Assembly: GCA_958009085.1 (NCBI GenBank)
Contig: OY253669.1
Location: 1,116,001-1,180,000 of the forward strand
Direction of reading: 5' to 3'
DNA length: 64,000 nt
Source: Protoeuglena noctilucae
Lineage: Eukaryota
Below the pieces are notes generated by a model. It was not told where the DNA came from. It worked only from the letters and a program-made list of their open reading frames with translations, and did no database searches. Both the position numbers and the translations under genes were made by a program. Below are positions 60,029 to 64,000 of this stretch, piece after piece (position 1 is the stretch's first letter; the number at the start of each line of letters is the position of its first letter).

Positions 60029-63000
60029 ATGGACGGCAGGGGTCAGGGGCAGAGGGGCGACCGGGGTGCCATGACCCCGGCGTACTACCCCATCCCTCCC
60101 AGGCCGCACGGCCAGTCCCCCTCCCTCGCGTCTCCGCCCATGTACGGGCTCCCACCGCAGCACAGCGCGGTGCAGGGCATGCCGTACGCCGGCATGGCCC
60201 CCGCGATGTGGCCGCAGCATTTCCCTAATGCCGGCGTGGGGAAGGGGCCCATCCCGGGCCCCGTGCAGGGCATGGCCTTCGCGGCGCCGATGCACGGGCA
60301 CCCGTCCATGCAGGCGCAGGCGCCCGTGCAGCCGGGGTCCGCTCCCCAGCAGATCCCGCAGGCGCCGGCCCCTGCCCCCGCCCCCGTGGCGACCTCCCCG
60401 GCGCCGACCAAGCGCAAGCTGNNNNNNNNNNNNNNNNNNNNNNNNNNNNNNNNNNNNNNNNNNNNNNNNNNNNNNNNNNNNNNNNNNNNNNNNNNNNNNN
60501 NNNNNNNNNNNNNNNNNNNNNNNNNNNNNNNNNNNNNNNNNNNNNNNNNNNNNNNNNNNNNNNNNNNNNNNNNNNNNNNNNNNNNNNNNNNNNNNNNNNN
60601 NNNNNNNNNNNNNNNNNNNNNGGGGCGGTGCGCGCGACTGCTGCCCCGTGGCCGGCACGCCCCTCGCCCCTGCGGGCCCAAGTCGTGCCGGTGATGCCCG
60701 CTGCCCAGGCCGCGCCCGCGCGCGCCGAGCAGGCCGCAGCGCCTGCCGATGCGCGCCGGGGAGGCCCCGAGCGCGCGCGGGAGCCGGCGCGCACGCCGGA
60801 CGCTCGCCCGACCTCTCGCCCCGCTCGCGACGCGGCACCTGCACGTGCGGAGGAGCCTACCACGGTCGCACCCGCGTCCGAGCCCGCGCGGCCCAAGCCC
60901 GCCGCGCCCGCGCCGACGGAGAGGACGGTGGAGACCGCGCCCGGGGACAAGACGGAGGCGGCGGCCTCTGCGCCGGTGAGTTCTTGATGCTGTCTGGGCG
61001 TGAGAGACGGGATTGGACACATGGACGCAGCACTCAGCGCTGTCTGCTGTCGGCCGGGCTCTCCATGTTCGCCGTTCGATCGCTCGCAGGTGGGCAGCGA
61101 GGTGGAGTCCAAGCCGTCGTCGGGCCCAGCGCCCGCGGCACGCGGTGGTTGGGCCGCGATCGCAGCCAAGGCGCCGCCGCCCGTCGCCCCGCCGTCGCCC
61201 AAGCCTGTCGTGTCTCGGGAGGCCTCGTCGAAGAGCGTGGCGAGCAGCCAGCCGAGCAGCAAGGCCGACGACCGGCGGGGGCAGGGGCGGGTCGGCAGGG
61301 ACCGTGAGCCGGGCGGGAAGGAGCGCCCGCGTGACAAGGAGGGGCGCGACCGTCCCCGGGACCGGGAGCGGGAGGGGGGCGGGCGGGGGCGGGTCGACCG
61401 CGGGGACAGGGAGGACCGGGGGGAGCGGGGGGAGGGGCGGAGGGGCGAGGGGCGGGGCGAGGGGCGGGGGCAGCGCGGCCGGCGGGACGGGCAGCCGGGA
61501 TGGCGCGGCTCGGACGCCAGCGTGGAGCAGCAGATGGAGGACGGGGCCCAGGACGCCCCGGCCAAGGTGCAGGAGCGCGTCGCCCCGGCGCCGCGCGCCT
61601 GGAGCGCGGCCGCTGCTGGCAACGTGGTGGCCGTGCAGGCGCCCTCGGATCGGTTCCGGCCCCAGCAGGGAGAGCCGGAGCCTGTGCGTTCTGCGGAGGC
61701 GGCCGCACCTGCGCCCACCCCGGCACCCACGCCGGCGCCTGCACCCGCACCCGCGCCCGAGCCCACCCCGGCCCCGGCCTCCGTTGCCGTGCCTCCCGCG
61801 GAGCCTGCGCCCGTGGCGAAGGCCGCCCCTGCACCCAGCGAGCCCCAGGCTCGAGCAGAGCCGGCCCCGCAGCCCGCGACGCCCGCACGCGCCGAGCCTG
61901 CTCCGCCGGCCCCTGCACGCCCCGAAGGGGGTGACGCGGGGCAAGAGCAGGCGGACGAGGGCGAGGACGCCGGGGCCGAGGAGGGCGGCGAGGGGGAGGA
62001 GGCGGAGCTGGAGGAGGGGGAGGTCGAGCTGGGGTACCGTCGTGACATGTCGTGGGACGGGGTGGTCAAGTCGGTCCTGTGCTACACGGCCAAGGAGCTG
62101 CTGTCGCTGCAGAACGGGCCGCTCGCCCTCCTCATGCCGGGGAAGCTGTCCCAGATCCTGCAGGGCCCCATGGGCAAGCTCTCGCGCACGGGGGGCGGGG
62201 TGCACTCGGCGCCCGTGCGGGGCGGCCTGCCGCGCAACGACAGCTGGAAGAACCGGCCGAGCCCGCGGGGCGGCGGGCCGGGGGGTTTCGGGGGCATGGC
62301 GGGCACCCCTGACGGCATGTGGGAGGACGGGCGCGGGGGCCGGCGGCGGGGTGGCCGCGGCGGCGGCGGCGGCGGCTTCGACCGCAACATGGGCGGCTTC
62401 TCGGGCCGCTGGGAGGCTCCCCAGGTGCAGCTGCACAAGTCTGCCCAGGCGTTCAAGCTGGGCCAGGTCCGCACAGACGACCCCGAGGAGGAGGCGCGGC
62501 AGAAGGCGTTCAAGAGCGTGCTGAACAAGCTGACGCCGGAGAACTTCGAGCGCCTCACGTTCAAGCTCCTGGAGACGCCCATCCCGCGCAAGCTGACGCT
62601 GGAGGGCCTGGTGGACCAGATTTTTGACAAGGCTCTGCTGGAGCCGACCTTCTCGGAGCTGTACGCCAAGCTGTGCAAGGCCATGCAGGACTCGAAGTGC
62701 CTGCCCGTGTTCGGCGCGGACGGCGAGGCGCTCCCCGGCGTGGCGGAGGGCGCACCCACCGCCGCGCGCCAGCAGGTGTACGACTTCCGCAAGGCGCTCC
62801 TCAACAAGTGCCAGCAGGAGTTCGAGGCCGGGATCAAGGCCCGCAACGAGCACATGCAGTCGCTGACGCGCAAGGACGACGCGGGCGAGACGGCGGAGGT
62901 GAGTGCCTTCAGGGAGGGGTGGCGCTTGCTGGTGGATCTGCGGGAGTGGCTCAGAGTGGCATTGTGCTTTGCGGGCATGCGGCGGGCCCCTTCGCAGGGC

Positions 63001-64000
63001 ACCGGGTGGGGTGTGGACCTTTGCCCAGCGCATCGCTTGCAGCGGAGATGCGAACGGGGGACCGCGAAGGGTCGTTACACCACAACTCCCTTCTCGCCCG
63101 CAGCACGCCGCGGAGCGCAAGCAGACGGAGGAGGAGAACTTCCGCGCCCGCAAGCGCATGCTTGGCAACATCCAGTTCATCGGCCACCTGTTCCACCACG
63201 GCATGCTCATCGAGAGGACGATGCACACGTGCTTCCAGACGCTGCTGCAGAACGTGGAGAGCCCGGAGCCGGAGGACGTCGAGGCGCTCTGCAAGCTCAT
63301 GGTCACGATCGGCGAGAAGGTGGACATGCCCAACAACCGCGAGGTCATGAACGTCTACTTCAGGCGCATCCGGCAGCTGCGGGAGAACGAGGTCCTCGAG
63401 AGCCGCATCCGGTTCATGCTCCAGGACCTCATCGAGCTCAGGTGAGGCGCCGGCGAGCTCAGGGGGCGGGGAGCGGAGAGAAGGGCGTGGTCGGGCGACA
63501 TACGCTTGCGCCCTTGCCCATTGGCCCGTGCCCGCCAGGCACGCCCCGACTCGGCAGGCTCGCGTCAGATGCGCAGCTCGAAGTCTCACCCCGTGGCCGC
63601 TCGCCGTGCGCAGGGAGCGGCGCTGGGAGGTGCGCCGCAAGGTCGAGGGTCCCAAGAAGATCCACGAGGTCCACCAGGACGCCATGCGGAGCCAGATGGG
63701 GCGCGGGCCGGGCCCGTCGCCGCGGTTTGGGGACCGGCCGGGCGGGGGTTTCGGGGGCCCGCGTGGGGGCGACCGGTTTGGCGGGGACTTTGGCGGGGGC
63801 CGGCGACAGTTCGACTCGGCGCCGGTGGGCGGCTTCGGGGGGCCCCCGATGGGCGACCGGTTCGGGGATCGGGGCTTCTCGGGCGGCCGACCGGCTGCGC
63901 CGATGCGCTCGGGGATGGGGCCCGGGCCCATGGGCCCCGGCGGTCCGGACTTTGGGCGGACGGCGCCGCGGCCGCCGCCCCGGGAGGTCTCGGCGCTGCT
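60029..64000 (+). CDS. EIF4G: Translation initiation factor eIF4G, 3'-truncated by the window edge
   Basis: eIF4E-binding YTAKELL near 62083; MIF4G domain FKSVLNKLTPENFE, IFDKALLEPTFSELYAKLC, FRKALLNKCQQEFE, RMLGNIQFIGHL, SRIRFMLQDLIELR. Confidence 0.95.
60422..60621. other. Assembly gap (200 N) inside eIF4G
   Basis: Run of N in the sequence. Confidence 1.

Noticed and set aside
60085..63348. 1087-aa minus-strand ORF
   Set aside because: Antisense shadow of GC3-rich eIF4G that also reads through the N gap; no motifs.
1..64000. Introner-like repeated introns, transposons, CRISPR arrays, stop-codon reassignment or selenocysteine
   Set aside because: Introns share no extended sequence by eye, and I saw no transposase/RT motifs or repeat-spacer arrays. 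TAA, TAG and TGA all act as stops, and apparent in-frame stops fall inside introns.

Overview
Gene-dense, very GC-rich eukaryotic nuclear DNA. Gene content and short introns with C-rich acceptors point to a green alga (lineage is inference only). By manual splicing I reconstruct 25 intron-containing protein genes: UBA1, a DUF829/TMEM53-like hydrolase, syntaxin-5, DUF819, an FBL17-like F-box, mitochondrial ACP, RNase II, MLH3, DUF4079, Mago nashi, HINT, SLC35F, a hotdog thioesterase, RlmN, a PhyH-like dioxygenase, a MORN/TIC100-like protein, Tctex1, a double-AP2 transcription factor, an amino-acid permease, mtRPL46, a SET-MYND protein, eIF4G (runs off the end, contains a 200-N gap) and three orphans. 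I found no tRNA, rRNA, CRISPR array or transposon. The most striking signal is splicing: about 17 of roughly 100-110 hand-inferred introns use a GC donor, all matching AG|GCR(A/C)G, against the ~1% typical of eukaryotes. Other candidates are a short TIC100-like MORN protein, an MLH3 with a degenerate ATPase motif, an orphan with a triple GDEGxGRP repeat, and an SQ-cluster coiled-coil orphan. Exon boundaries are manual and unverified by transcripts; family calls come from remembered motifs, not database searches.
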